64,000 bases of DNA from Candidatus Parcubacteria bacterium (GCA_003599635.1 QZIX01000009.1:66065-130064); one strand, 5' to 3'. Shown: positions 1-10,076, counted from the stretch's first letter. Notes: generated by a model not told the origin, from the letters alone. Numbers and translations are program-made.

Positions 1-7
1 AAACATA

Positions 8-919
8 ATGTCAAATAAAGTTATATTTATCCTGGGGCCGACAGCTGCAGGGAAAACCAAAATAGCCGTAAAGCTGGCTTATAAGTTTAACGGCGAGATA
101 ATTTCCGTCGATTCACGGCAGGTGTATAAAGGGATGGATATTGGAACCGGGAAGGACCTTGATGAATACAAGTACCAAGGCGCAAGATACAAGGTACAAA
201 TTCCGTATCATCTTATTGATGTTGCCAGCCCTAAATCACAATTTACAGCGGGTAAGTATCAGCGAATGGCAAATAAGGCCATCAGAGATGTTATAAATAG
301 AGGGAAGATGCCGGTAATCTGCGGCGGCAGCCCTTTTTATATTTATTCGGTTGTGGATGGGTTAGTGCTGCCGCCGAAAACTTCGGAAAGCTCAAGGAAA
401 AAATTAAATAAGCTTACTTTAAAACAGCTTTTAGTCAAACTAAAAAAACTGGACGCCAAAGCATATAATCAAATAGACAAAAAAAACCGGCGCCGGGTTC
501 AGCGGGCAGTTGAAGTGTGCCTGGAAACCGGCAAGAAGTTTTCATTTTTTGGCGAAAAGAAAAAACAAGATTATGATTTTTTATTGCTGGGAATAAATTG
601 GCCTAAGGAAGAATTGAAAAAAAGAATAACCGAAAGATTAAAAGAAAGAATTGAAAAGGAGGGGATGATACAGGAAGTTAAAAGGCTGCACAAGAGAGGC
701 GTCAGCTGGAAGAGGCTGGATGATTTTGGCCTTGAATACCGCTGGGTTTCACGATATTTACAGAGAAAAATATCTTACGATGAAATGTTTGAAAAATTGA
801 ATAACGATATCAATAATTTTTCCAAGCGCCAGATGACGTGGTTTAAAAGAGATAAGAGGATTAGGTGGGTAAAAGATTTAAAACGAGCAGAACGGTTGGT
901 TAAGAAGTTTATAGTATAA
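8..919 (+). CDS. miaA: tRNA dimethylallyltransferase
   Basis: GPTAAGKT P-loop, DSRQVYKGMDIGTGK, HLIDV and KRQMTWFK motifs. Confidence 0.97.
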   Translation: MSNKVIFILGPTAAGKTKIAVKLAYKFNGEIISVDSRQVYKGMDIGTGKDLDEYKYQGARYKVQIPYHLIDVASPKSQFTAGKYQRMANKAIRDVINRGKMPVICGGSPFYIYSVVDGLVLPPKTSESSRKKLNKLTLKQLLVKLKKLDAKAYNQIDKKNRRRVQRAVEVCLETGKKFSFFGEKKKQDYDFLLLGINWPKEELKKRITERLKERIEKEGMIQEVKRLHKRGVSWKRLDDFGLEYRWVSRYLQRKISYDEMFEKLNNDINNFSKRQMTWFKRDKRIRWVKDLKRAERLVKKFIV

Positions 920-922
920 TTC

Positions 923-949
923 TGTCATCCTGAACTTGATTCAGGATCT
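923..949. repeat. GTCAT-family palindromic (REP-like) repeat, half element
   Basis: TGTCATCCTGAACTTGATTCAGGATCT, matching the other copies in the window. Confidence 0.75.
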
Positions 950-1127
950 TTTATTCCTCCTTTCTTAAAGGAGGTGGCGAACAGCGTGAGCCGGAGGATT
1001 TTACATATTGCACCATCGTTAATTTTAAAGTAAAATTACTTTAGTTAATCGTATAAATACATCATCATGAGTTCGTATTATATACAATATTATGGTTATT
1101 ATACGAAAACACTTCGTATAATAACGA

Positions 1128-1799
1128 GTTAGCTGCCATAAAAATCATTAGATAAACTGAATGGAAAAACCAAGCAAGAAAATAAACAAAAAAAGAACTA
1201 TTCAAAAAAAGAAAGAATATAACTGGACTGCTATTGCGGCTGTTAGCAATTTTATAACTGCTTTTTGTACTTTTTTATTAGCAATAGCCACTGTGGTATT
1301 GGCTTGGAACACATACGAAAGTATTAGCCAGTCGAAGGCAAGCATAACATTATCTAAAGAAAGTATTCAGCAATCCGAACAACAATTTCGAAAATTAAAT
1401 AGACCCTTTGTAACTATAGATAATAAACTCCAGCCAGAAGGGTCTGATATTGGTGTAACTATAAAAAATATTGGTAATACATCAGCCGAGAATGTAATTA
1501 TTAAGGCTTATTTTACTAAAAAGGATGACTTGTCCGAGCAAACTCTTATTAATGGCCTTCCTGAGACAAATATTGGTTTGCTTTACCCAGAAGAAAACAA
1601 AATTATAGTAATTTTAAACCCAGCTCTTTTTTTGGGTAAAATGTCAAATGATCAGTTTAATATTAAGATAAGCTATAGTTATATAAATATATGTATCGAG
1701 TACTACTGGTCCTCGAACTTTACTGGAACAAATTGGAGATTGCACGAGATAGCTGAGAAAGAAACAGAATGTAAAAAATGATTTTTTACAGCAGCTAAC
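1128..1799 (+). mobile_element. Putative solitary integron-type gene cassette
   Basis: GTTAGCTGCcatAAAAATCA at the 5' end; TGATTTTTTacaGCAGCTAAC starting at the ORF stop codon (inverted R'/R''-like ends). Confidence 0.55.
1161..1781 (+). CDS. Hypothetical membrane-anchored protein (cassette ORF)
   Basis: 206-aa ORF with one hydrophobic helix, a coiled segment and a beta-rich C-terminal part. Confidence 0.75.
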   Translation: MEKPSKKINKKRTIQKKKEYNWTAIAAVSNFITAFCTFLLAIATVVLAWNTYESISQSKASITLSKESIQQSEQQFRKLNRPFVTIDNKLQPEGSDIGVTIKNIGNTSAENVIIKAYFTKKDDLSEQTLINGLPETNIGLLYPEENKIIVILNPALFLGKMSNDQFNIKISYSYINICIEYYWSSNFTGTNWRLHEIAEKETECKK

Positions 1800-1844
1800 A
1801 CGGGCTAGCCAGTTCGCGCCTGCTAAATAAAAAATTTTAACATT

Positions 1845-2378
1845 ATGAAAAAACTTTTATTTACAGCAGCATTACTTTTTATAGGATTAGTTGTGTCCGG
1901 ATGCACCCTTTTAAAGGATAATAATAACGGGCAGCAAAATAAGGCTGACAGAATCGTATCCGCGCAAGATGAAATAACCCAAGCACAAGAGGCATTGATT
2001 ACCTTTTTTAAATATTTAAGCAGGCAAGACTTTGAATCGGCGTTAACACTATTTGAACCTGACGAAGAAAATTCCTGGGAATGGATTGCGAATTTTACCA
2101 TAGAAGAAGACAGGAATAATAAGGCAGAAGTTTTAAAGAATTACTGTGAAGCTGTCGGCACTTGCCTTGAAGTTAAAATTATTGAGGCAAAAAAAGAAGT
2201 TGATGATGTTTATAACCTGGTTGTCCAATTTCAAAAGCCGGACGGCGGTGTTTTTGTCCTTGGCCCCTGCTGCGGAGCAACAGAAGAAGAAATGCCCCCT
2301 CAAAATAAATTCAATTTTACGGTAAAAAAAATCAATAGCGTGTTCAAGGTTACAACAGCGCCGGTATACAGGCCGTAA
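1845..2378 (+). CDS. Hypothetical lipoprotein
   Basis: MKK + hydrophobic stretch + VSGC lipobox; C-terminal GPCCGA motif. Confidence 0.8.
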   Translation: MKKLLFTAALLFIGLVVSGCTLLKDNNNGQQNKADRIVSAQDEITQAQEALITFFKYLSRQDFESALTLFEPDEENSWEWIANFTIEEDRNNKAEVLKNYCEAVGTCLEVKIIEAKKEVDDVYNLVVQFQKPDGGVFVLGPCCGATEEEMPPQNKFNFTVKKINSVFKVTTAPVYRP

Positions 2379-2401
2379 GCTATCAAGCAAAACATCAAAT
2401 C

Positions 2402-2431
2402 AAAACAGCTCCCGATGTTGGGAGCTGTTTT
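2402..2431. terminator. Bidirectional intrinsic terminator
   Basis: AAAACAGCTCCC-GATGTT-GGGAGCTGTTTT between convergent genes. Confidence 0.8.
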
Positions 2432-2462
2432 AACTATAAGAAATCCAAAGTTAAAATTGAAA

Positions 2463-2637
2463 TGTCATTCTGAGCGTAAGAGAAGAATCAGATCCTTCAC
2501 TAGGTTCAGGATGACAATAAAGCCGTACGTCATTTCGACCGATGTTTAAGTTATTTTAAGCGGGTGGAGGAATCCCATAACATACGATATTGAGTGTTGT
2601 GAGATTCCTCGACTCCCTTCGGTCGCTCGGAATGACA
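2463..2637. repeat. Two tandem GTCAT...ATGAC palindromic repeats
   Basis: TGTCATTCTGAGC...TTCAGGATGACA (2463-2516) and GTCATTTCGACC...CTCGGAATGACA (2529-2637). Confidence 0.85.
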
Positions 2638-2647
2638 AGAAAGTGGA

Positions 2648-3460
2648 TTACCTGTACTTGTTTATCTCATCTCTCAATTTTTTTGTTTCTTCAGCGGCTG
2701 CATCAGCAAAATTTTCATCAGATCCGGCATAGATAATTCCTCTGGCGGAATGGACAATCAAGCCTTGCTTCTTGGAATCCAAACCCACTTCCATAGCGGC
2801 TTTAACATCACCGCCCTGGGCTCCGATTCCCGGCAATAAAATCGGTATGTTACCTACAATGTCTCGGATTTCTTTTAATTCACCGGGGTAAGTGGCTCCG
2901 ACAACCAGCAACAGATTATTATTTTTATTCCACTCGTTGGCGACTTTTTCGGCGACTATTTGATAGACTTTTTTGCCATTAACAATCAAATCCTGCAAAT
3001 CTTTGGCTCCGGGGTTTGACGTGCGGCATAGAACTATCACTCCCTTATCAACCCTTTCAGTAAATGGTTCTAAAGTATCGCCGCCCATATACGGATTAAC
3101 GGTCACGGCGTCGGCTCCGATAATGTCAAAAACTTCTTTGGCGTACATTTGGGCGGTATTGCCGATGTCGTTTCTTTTAGCATCTAAAATAACAGGCATA
3201 TCAGGATAACTCTCGTGGATGTATTGGAAAGTTTCAATCAGCTCATCCATAAACCCGTAAGCGGTATAAAAGGGGATATTGGCTTTTATTGAAGAAATAT
3301 ATTCTGCTGTGGCGTCAATTATGGCTTTGTTAAATTCAAAAACAGGTTTACTTAAATTTTTTAAATGTTGAGGAATTTTTTCCAAATCAGTATCCAAACC
3401 GACGCAGACCAATGAGTTTTTTTTCTCCCAGGAGTTTTTTAATCTTTCAATGAAAGTCAT
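2648..3460 (-). CDS. pyrF: Orotidine-5'-phosphate decarboxylase (subfamily 2)
   Basis: VCVGLD, ILDAKRNDIGNTA, CRTSNPGA and LPGIGAQGGD motifs; pyr operon context. Confidence 0.96.
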   Translation of the reverse strand: MTFIERLKNSWEKKNSLVCVGLDTDLEKIPQHLKNLSKPVFEFNKAIIDATAEYISSIKANIPFYTAYGFMDELIETFQYIHESYPDMPVILDAKRNDIGNTAQMYAKEVFDIIGADAVTVNPYMGGDTLEPFTERVDKGVIVLCRTSNPGAKDLQDLIVNGKKVYQIVAEKVANEWNKNNNLLLVVGATYPGELKEIRDIVGNIPILLPGIGAQGGDVKAAMEVGLDSKKQGLIVHSARGIIYAGSDENFADAAAEETKKLRDEINKYR

Positions 3461-3495
3461 AATTTAACAATTATTATTTTAAAAAGGAAAGCTTT

Positions 3496-3714
3496 TTACA
3501 TCCTCCTCTCCGATTGCGGAGATCCGCCGTCGATTTCTATAACAATTTTATGCGTAAGGCTGCAAAAATCTACAATATATTTTCCTATTCTGAATTGTCT
3601 GCGAAATTTAATGTTATTAATGTTTTTATTGCGCAGTACCTTCCATAATTTTACCTCCTGCGGTGTCATATTTTTACGTAATGCAGTTGATATATTGTTT
3701 TTTCCTAAAGCCAT
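3496..3714 (-). pseudogene. Truncated DUF559 (Vsr-like endonuclease) gene
   Basis: LRKNMTPQE..LW..LR...KFRRQF.IG.YIVDF...IEIDGG, then a stop soon after; the C-terminal part of the domain is missing. Confidence 0.85.
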
Positions 3715-3790
3715 GTTTGTTGCCTCACCCCTTCGACTACGCTCAGGGCAGGCACTAACAACTCTCCGACACGGAGAGGGAATTCTATCT

Positions 3791-4390
3791 TTAAAACTGA
3801 TTAGCTTTAATGAATTCATCAACTTTATTTTTAGTTGCAGAATCTATTTTCCCTTCCTCAAGTAGCGTATTAACCATATCTGACATAGTAAAAATACTGT
3901 GCAGTTTGTAACCCCTTTGTTCGATCAATTTTTTCCCGCCTTGTTCTCTGTTCAAAACCACTATCACGTCGGTAACCTTTAAACCTTCTTTTTCAATAGG
4001 TTCAGTTGTGCCAAAAACACTGGTGCCCGATGTTATCAAATCTTCAATCACCAAAACAGTTTGGCCTTTTTTGTATACTCCTTCCAGGGGTACCTGGATG
4101 CCGTGGTCTTTCATTTCCTTTCTCCTGATAATCATCGGTACATCGTGCATGGCCGAAATTACCGTTGCCAAAGGCAGGGCGGTGTAAGGTACGCCGACGA
4201 TAAGATCAAATTTTAAATCTTTTGCAATATTATAAATTTCTTCTGAAATAGCCTTCATTAAATCGGGGTAAGAAATTATTGTCCGCAATGTCAGGTAAAT
4301 TGGTGAGATAATCCCGGTTACCAGCTTGAATTCGCCGAATTTAATGGCGCCGATTTCGTTAAGTTTTAAAATGAGTTTTTTTTTGTCCAT
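3791..4390 (-). CDS. pyrE: Orotate phosphoribosyltransferase
   Basis: SPIY, GVPYTALPLAT and PRPP motif VLVIEDLITSGTS; start moved to MDKKK because the upstream ATG lies in a repeat. Confidence 0.95.
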   Translation of the reverse strand: MDKKKLILKLNEIGAIKFGEFKLVTGIISPIYLTLRTIISYPDLMKAISEEIYNIAKDLKFDLIVGVPYTALPLATVISAMHDVPMIIRRKEMKDHGIQVPLEGVYKKGQTVLVIEDLITSGTSVFGTTEPIEKEGLKVTDVIVVLNREQGGKKLIEQRGYKLHSIFTMSDMVNTLLEEGKIDSATKNKVDEFIKANQF

Positions 4391-4408
4391 AATATTTATT
4401 CCCTTTTT

Positions 4409-4510
4409 TGTCATCCCGACCGATGCGCGAGGTTGTTTAAGGTTAGCGGAGAGATTTCATATCATAATTTATTGATTGATGCGAGATTCCTCGACAAACT
4501 CGGAATGACA
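4409..4510. repeat. GTCAT-family palindromic repeat
   Basis: TGTCATCCCGACC...GAGATTCCTCGACAAACTCGGAATGACA. Confidence 0.85.
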
Positions 4511-5548
4511 TTAAATTATTTCCTTCCCCCTAAAATTATCGTTAATTTTATTATCTTCGTAAACCGTTACGCCGTTGACAACGGTTTTAATCGGCCAGCC
4601 TTTCAGTTTCCAGCCGGCAAATGGCGACCAGCCGCATTTGGTGTATAAATTTTCTTCTTTAACCACTTTTTCCAAATCCATATCAATTATGGTTTCGCAG
4701 CTTTTGGGAATTTTTAAATTGAATATTTTAATCGGATTTACTGACATCAAGCTTTTTAATTTTTCCATGGTTATTTTACCATTATTCACGGCATTTAGCA
4801 TCAAGGGCAGGGAAGTCTCAAGTCCGGGCACCCCCCGCGGAAAATCGGCTTTCATTTTTTCTTCCTTTGTATGCGGAGCATGGTCAGAACCGATAGTGTC
4901 AACAACTCCTTCGTCAATTGCCTGCCATAAAGCATCCAGGTCTTTTTTGGTTTTTAAGTTCGGATACATTTCAAAAAATCCGTTCTTGTTATCATCTTGC
5001 GTTAAAAACAGGTGATGCGGCGCAACTTCTGCAAAAATATTTTTGTTTTTGTGTCTTTTTATAAAATCAATTTCGTCTTTTAAAGAAATATGGCAAAGAT
5101 ACAATTTATTGCCGGCTTTTTTCTGAAGGTAAAACGCTTTTTCCACCATTTCTCCTTCAGCATGGCAGGAAACAACAGGGGAGATATCAAATATTTTTTG
5201 CAAAATTTTATCATCTTCAATCTTTAAATCGCCTGTCGAATAGTTTAAAAAAATCTTTATTGACGTTACTTTATTTTTTACTTTTTTAATCTCATCCAGA
5301 TTATCCACTGTCGCGGCGAAATGAAAACCGTAATTAATCAAAGAATCATTTTGCACTGTTTTTCTTTTTTCAACAAGTAAATCCTCGGTGGTCAAGGGTG
5401 GTCTGGTATTGGGCATGTCCAGAACAACGGCAAAGCCCCCGGCTGCGGCTGCCTTTGACCCGGTCTTCCAGTCTTCTTTATGTTCAAGCCCCGGTGTTCT
5501 AAAATGCGCGTGGGGGTCAACAAGGCAGTGAAGAGTAAAAAGTGTCAT
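4511..5548 (-). CDS. pyrC: Dihydroorotase
   Basis: DPHAHFRTPG, DMPNTRP, CHAE, HHLFL and GSDHAPH amidohydrolase motifs. Confidence 0.95.
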   Translation of the reverse strand: MTLFTLHCLVDPHAHFRTPGLEHKEDWKTGSKAAAAGGFAVVLDMPNTRPPLTTEDLLVEKRKTVQNDSLINYGFHFAATVDNLDEIKKVKNKVTSIKIFLNYSTGDLKIEDDKILQKIFDISPVVSCHAEGEMVEKAFYLQKKAGNKLYLCHISLKDEIDFIKRHKNKNIFAEVAPHHLFLTQDDNKNGFFEMYPNLKTKKDLDALWQAIDEGVVDTIGSDHAPHTKEEKMKADFPRGVPGLETSLPLMLNAVNNGKITMEKLKSLMSVNPIKIFNLKIPKSCETIIDMDLEKVVKEENLYTKCGWSPFAGWKLKGWPIKTVVNGVTVYEDNKINDNFRGKEII

Positions 5549-5553
5549 AAGGG

Positions 5554-5673
5554 TCCTAATTTCTAAATTCTAATATCTAATAAAAGTGTCAAATTTTAAA
5601 CTAAGTAAAATTCAAATTTACGAATTTTGGCATTTGATTTTTATTGGAAATTAGTAATTAATAATTGGAAATT
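5554..5673. repeat. Heptamer-based imperfect inverted repeat
   Basis: CCTAATTTCTAAATTCTAATATCTAA ... TTGGAAATTAGTAATTAATAATTGGAAATT; related tracts at ~24772 and ~40905. Confidence 0.6.
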
Positions 5674-8600
5674 ATTTTTTGTATTCATCCCAGCTTTTAA
5701 TCCTTAAATCAGGAAGTTTTTTCTTATAAATCGAATCAATAAAGAGTTTTGCCAATCTGACATTGGTAATCAATGGTACATTGTAATCAATGGCCGCCCG
5801 CCTCATCAGATAACCGTCGCTGATAATTTCTTTTTTCAAACTGTTGGGTATGTTTATGACAAAATCAACCTTTCCCCCCTTTATTACATCCAAAACATCA
5901 GGCTTCTTATGGTGGCTGATTTTATGAACTAAAATAGCTTTAATGCCGTTCTCATTTAAAAAATCGTAAGTATGGTGCGTAGAATAAATGTGATATCCCA
6001 TGCTGATTAATTTCCGGCAGGCTTCGATCATTTCAATTTTATTTTCCAGTCCTCCCACGGAAATCAGAATATTTTTTCGTGGGGCCTTAAAGCCCGTGGC
6101 ATACATCGCTTTTTGCAGCGCCTCTTTTATGCCTTCGCCGAAACAGGCGACTTCTCCGGTAGAACCCATTTCCACGTAAAGCACCGGGTCAGCTCCTTTA
6201 ATGCGCGAGTAAGAAAATTGAGGAACTTTTACCGCGACATAGTCAAAATCTAATGTATTATAATTTCCCGAAATGTCATGACCAAGCATCGCTTTTGTTG
6301 CCAGCTCAATGAAATTATATTTGGTGACTTTGGATACAAAGGGGAAGCTGCGGGAAGCCCTTAAATTGCATTCAATCACTTTTACGGAATTATTTACGGC
6401 CAGAAACTGGATATTGAACGGCCCTGTAATGTTTAGCGCCTGAATAATTTTTTTGGTTATGACTTTGCATCTTCTGACAGTTTCCAGGTAGGTCCTTTGC
6501 GGCGGCAAGACTAAAGTGGCATCACCTGAATGGATGCCGGCGTTTTCTACGTGCTCGGAGATGGCATATATTTTAAGCTTGCCTTTTTGGGCGACCCCGT
6601 CGATTTCGATTTCCCGGGCGTTGGTAATGAATTTACTGATCACTACCGGATGTTCAGGCGAAACCATTGTCGCTTGTTCAAGGCAATTAACCAGACTTTC
6701 CTGATCGGGGACAATATTCATAGCGGCGCCGGAAAGGACATAAGACGGTCTGACCAGAACCGGATAGCCGACTTTTGTCGCAAAGTTCTTGGCATGTTCG
6801 ATAGAAATGAGCTCTTTCCATGCCGGCTGATTTATTTTTAATTTATCCAGAAGAGAAGAAAACTTGTGTCTGTTTTCGGCGCGGTCGATATTTTTCGGAC
6901 TGGTGCCGATTACTTTTACTTTGGCTTTATAAAGTTCCATTGCCAGGTTATTGGCAATTTGACCTCCGACGGATAAATTGATTCCTACCGGATTTTCAAA
7001 TTCATAAATATCCAGAACGCGTTCGAAAGATATTTCATCAAAATAGAGACGGTCACAAATATCATAATCGGTAGAAACCGTTTCGGGATTGTAATTTATC
7101 ATTATCGTTTTGTAACCGATTTTTTTTGCAGTAATGGTCGCGTTTACCGCACACCAGTCAAATTCCACGCTGGAACCGATTCGATACACACCGCTGCCCA
7201 GGGTTATGATTGATTTTTTTTCCGGCCCCAAATCATTTTCCGAACCGTTATAAGTCATATACAGATAATTGGTTTTTGCCGGATATTCGGCGGCCAGGGT
7301 ATCAATTTGCTTAACTACAGGCAAAATTTTATATTTTTTTCGCAAGTCCCTGATTTCAGATGTTTTATGATTTGTTATTTTTGCAATCTGCTTATCTGAA
7401 AAACCGACCTGTTTTGCTTCTAAAAGCAAATTTTTTTCAAGTTTTTCCGAATAAAGCTTTAATTCTGCATCGACAATATTTTTCAGTTTGTATAAAAACC
7501 ATTTATCTATGCCCGTGTATTTATAGATATCATTAATACGGATGCCTTTTTTTATGGCCTCGGCAACGGCAAAAATCCGCTGCTCCGTGGGATTTTTCAT
7601 TTCCTCGGACAAACCGTTGGCGAATTTAATGTTGTTTTGCACCAGGCCGTACATCCCGATATCAAGCATCCTGATGGCCTTTTGCAGGGCTTCCTCGAAT
7701 TTTCTGCCCACAGCCATAACTTCGCCGACACTTTTCATTTCCGAACCGATGGCGTGGTAAGAATTTTTAAACTTTTTTAAATCCCAGCGGGGCATCTTAA
7801 CCACAATGTAATCCAAGGCGGGTTCAAAACAGGCCTGGGTTGCCCTGGTAATGGAATTGGGGAGTTCGATTAAAGAATGGCCCAAAGCCAGTTTGGCGGC
7901 AATAAACGCTAATGGATAGCCTGTTGCTTTTGATGCCAGAGCCGAGCTTCGCGAAAGCCTGGCGTTGACTTCTATTACCCGATAATCGTCGGATTTTGTG
8001 TTTACGGCATACTGGATATTGCACTCGCCGACTATTCCCAAATGCCTGACGGTTTTTATGGCTATTTCCCGTAATTTATGATATTCGTGATTAGTCAAAG
8101 TTTGGGACGGAGCCACAACTATGCTTTCACCCGTATGGATTCCCATAGGATCGAAATTTTCCATGTTGCATACAGTCAGGCAGTTATCGTATTGGTCCCG
8201 GACAACCTCATATTCGATTTCCTTCCATTTAACTAGACATTCCTCAATTAGAATTTGAGGAACATCGGCCAGGGCTTGGCTGGCTTTTTCATTTAATTCT
8301 TTTTCATTTTTTACTATGCCCGAGTGCTTGCCGCCCAGGGCGAAGGCAGCCCTAAGCATTACCGGGTAGCCCAATTTTTTTGCGGCAATTAAAGCGTCCC
8401 GGCCAGTTTTTACGGCAAAACTTTTTGCGTATCTGACTTTGATTTCTTCCAGTTTTTGATTAAATAATTTCCGGTCTTCAGTGTCTTTTATGGTTTTTAC
8501 GGATGTTCCTAGGACTCTGACTTTATATTTTTCCAAGACTCCGGTTTTGGCCAGTTCCAAGCCGCAGTTTAGAGCAGTCTGTCCGCCAAAGGCAAGCATA

Positions 8601-8860
8601 ATGCCGTCAGGCCGCTCCTTTTTAATGATCTCGGTTACGAAGTATAAGTTAACCGGCAGAAAGTAAATTTTGTCTGCCAGGTGCTCGGAAGTCTGGATGG
8701 TGGCAATATTGGGATTTACTAAAACTACTTTAATTTTTTCTTCCTTTAAGGCTTTTATTGCCTGTGAGCCGGAATAGTCAAATTCGCCGGCTTCGCCGAT
8801 TTTCAAGGCGCCGGAACCGAGAAGGATAACCTTTTTCAATTTAATATGTTTTAGAGTCAT
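5672..8860 (-). CDS. carB: Carbamoyl-phosphate synthase large subunit
   Basis: GEAGEFDYSGSQA, two ATP-grasp domains and a C-terminal MGS domain; start trimmed out of the repeat. Confidence 0.98.
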   Translation of the reverse strand: MTLKHIKLKKVILLGSGALKIGEAGEFDYSGSQAIKALKEEKIKVVLVNPNIATIQTSEHLADKIYFLPVNLYFVTEIIKKERPDGIMLAFGGQTALNCGLELAKTGVLEKYKVRVLGTSVKTIKDTEDRKLFNQKLEEIKVRYAKSFAVKTGRDALIAAKKLGYPVMLRAAFALGGKHSGIVKNEKELNEKASQALADVPQILIEECLVKWKEIEYEVVRDQYDNCLTVCNMENFDPMGIHTGESIVVAPSQTLTNHEYHKLREIAIKTVRHLGIVGECNIQYAVNTKSDDYRVIEVNARLSRSSALASKATGYPLAFIAAKLALGHSLIELPNSITRATQACFEPALDYIVVKMPRWDLKKFKNSYHAIGSEMKSVGEVMAVGRKFEEALQKAIRMLDIGMYGLVQNNIKFANGLSEEMKNPTEQRIFAVAEAIKKGIRINDIYKYTGIDKWFLYKLKNIVDAELKLYSEKLEKNLLLEAKQVGFSDKQIAKITNHKTSEIRDLRKKYKILPVVKQIDTLAAEYPAKTNYLYMTYNGSENDLGPEKKSIITLGSGVYRIGSSVEFDWCAVNATITAKKIGYKTIMINYNPETVSTDYDICDRLYFDEISFERVLDIYEFENPVGINLSVGGQIANNLAMELYKAKVKVIGTSPKNIDRAENRHKFSSLLDKLKINQPAWKELISIEHAKNFATKVGYPVLVRPSYVLSGAAMNIVPDQESLVNCLEQATMVSPEHPVVISKFITNAREIEIDGVAQKGKLKIYAISEHVENAGIHSGDATLVLPPQRTYLETVRRCKVITKKIIQALNITGPFNIQFLAVNNSVKVIECNLRASRSFPFVSKVTKYNFIELATKAMLGHDISGNYNTLDFDYVAVKVPQFSYSRIKGADPVLYVEMGSTGEVACFGEGIKEALQKAMYATGFKAPRKNILISVGGLENKIEMIEACRKLISMGYHIYSTHHTYDFLNENGIKAILVHKISHHKKPDVLDVIKGGKVDFVINIPNSLKKEIISDGYLMRRAAIDYNVPLITNVRLAKLFIDSIYKKKLPDLRIKSWDEYKK

Positions 8861-8880
8861 AATTGTTTTATTTTCGCATT

Positions 8881-8937
8881 GTGTCATTCTGTTTAGTGTG
8901 AGATCCTTCGACTCCCTTCGGTCGCTCAGGATGACAC
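8881..8937. repeat. GTCAT-family palindromic repeat
   Basis: GTGTCATTCTG...TCGACTCCCTTCGGTCGCTCAGGATGACAC; shares a 20-mer with 2609-2628. Confidence 0.85.
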
Positions 8938-9465
8938 CTTCGGTGTCATTTTTTTACGCCATTGTTTATAAATTTTTAAACCTCTTTTTGCCCCCGGACT
9001 TAATTTTTTTCCAGCAAACTGCCTTACTTTATTAATGTCAACCCATTTATATGCTGAAACCTCTTTAGGATCTATTTTTATTTTACCGTCGTAAATGCAA
9101 GTATAATATTTTCTGAAATATTTATGTCTTTTGTTATTTTTACCTCCCTTTAAAATAAATTTCAACTCTTGCGGCTTTATTTTAATTCCCATTTCCTCCC
9201 TTAATTCTCTTATAGCCGCTTTCCCGTAAGTTTCTCCTGCTTCAACATGTCCTCCGATCCTTGTTTCCCACATTCCTGGTTTAGTATAAAGCCAAGGAGC
9301 TCTTTTTTGCATCAATATTTCACCTTTAGAATTTGTAACAATAGCACATGCCAAACGGTGAAATAAGTTTTTTTCCACAATTTCCTTAAAAGTCGTTTTT
9401 CCTATTACGTGATCGTTTTCATCGACTAAATCGTGATGACAATTTTTAAATTTTGGTTTTTGCAT
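8926..9465 (-). CDS. NUDIX hydrolase (Idi/YfcD-like)
   Basis: LVDEND..IG, HR, QKRA and Nudix box GGHVEAGETYGKAAIRELREEMGI. Confidence 0.88.
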   Translation of the reverse strand: MQKPKFKNCHHDLVDENDHVIGKTTFKEIVEKNLFHRLACAIVTNSKGEILMQKRAPWLYTKPGMWETRIGGHVEAGETYGKAAIRELREEMGIKIKPQELKFILKGGKNNKRHKYFRKYYTCIYDGKIKIDPKEVSAYKWVDINKVRQFAGKKLSPGAKRGLKIYKQWRKKMTPKVSS

Positions 9466-9590
9466 TTTTTGCTTTTTGTTTGTTTTCGGGCATTCTTGAC
9501 AATTAATATAAAATATGTTATATATAAATATTCATAATTCGCCTGTCAGAATAGGCTGATAGCGCGGTATTATGAAGAAAGGAACCAAAA

Positions 9591-10019
9591 ATGGCTACGA
9601 CGTCTTTTCTTTCAAAAGAAATTCAAGTCAGTGGTCTGAGTTATTTTCCCGAATGCAGATGGAGGGAAGCTATAATCCATTATCTTTTCGGGATCTGGGG
9701 AAATCGGTTAAACGTAATATGTAGGCCAAAAATTCGTTTTGGCCATATCGTGCTGCAACTGAAAGACGGACAGTATAACGCCTATCGCGATTCTTGGTAT
9801 GAGAATAATTCTCCTCCAACAATCGGCCGATCGTATCAGTTAGTAGTTGACGGCACAGACAAAAATGCCGTGGAAGTTGGTTTGGCAAGTTTCGTCAAGA
9901 ATGGCAGCATAAAAATGCTTGTCATTGTCATTAAACCTGAGGCTCAGTTCTACCTTTGGAAATTGAAGAGGCGGGGAAAATATGGAGTTTCAGGCAATCA
10001 GCTTCCTAAATTAACCTAA
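9591..10019 (+). CDS. Orphan hypothetical protein, antisense within the pyr operon
   Basis: TTGACA-17-TATATA (9496-9524), AAAGGA SD, hairpin + T-run at ~10027-10064. Confidence 0.7.
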   Translation: MATTSFLSKEIQVSGLSYFPECRWREAIIHYLFGIWGNRLNVICRPKIRFGHIVLQLKDGQYNAYRDSWYENNSPPTIGRSYQLVVDGTDKNAVEVGLASFVKNGSIKMLVIVIKPEAQFYLWKLKRRGKYGVSGNQLPKLT

Positions 10020-10076
10020 ACTTCTGCCGGCGCGTGATTCGCAGGAATCATGTGCCGGTTTTTTTGTTGTTAAAAA

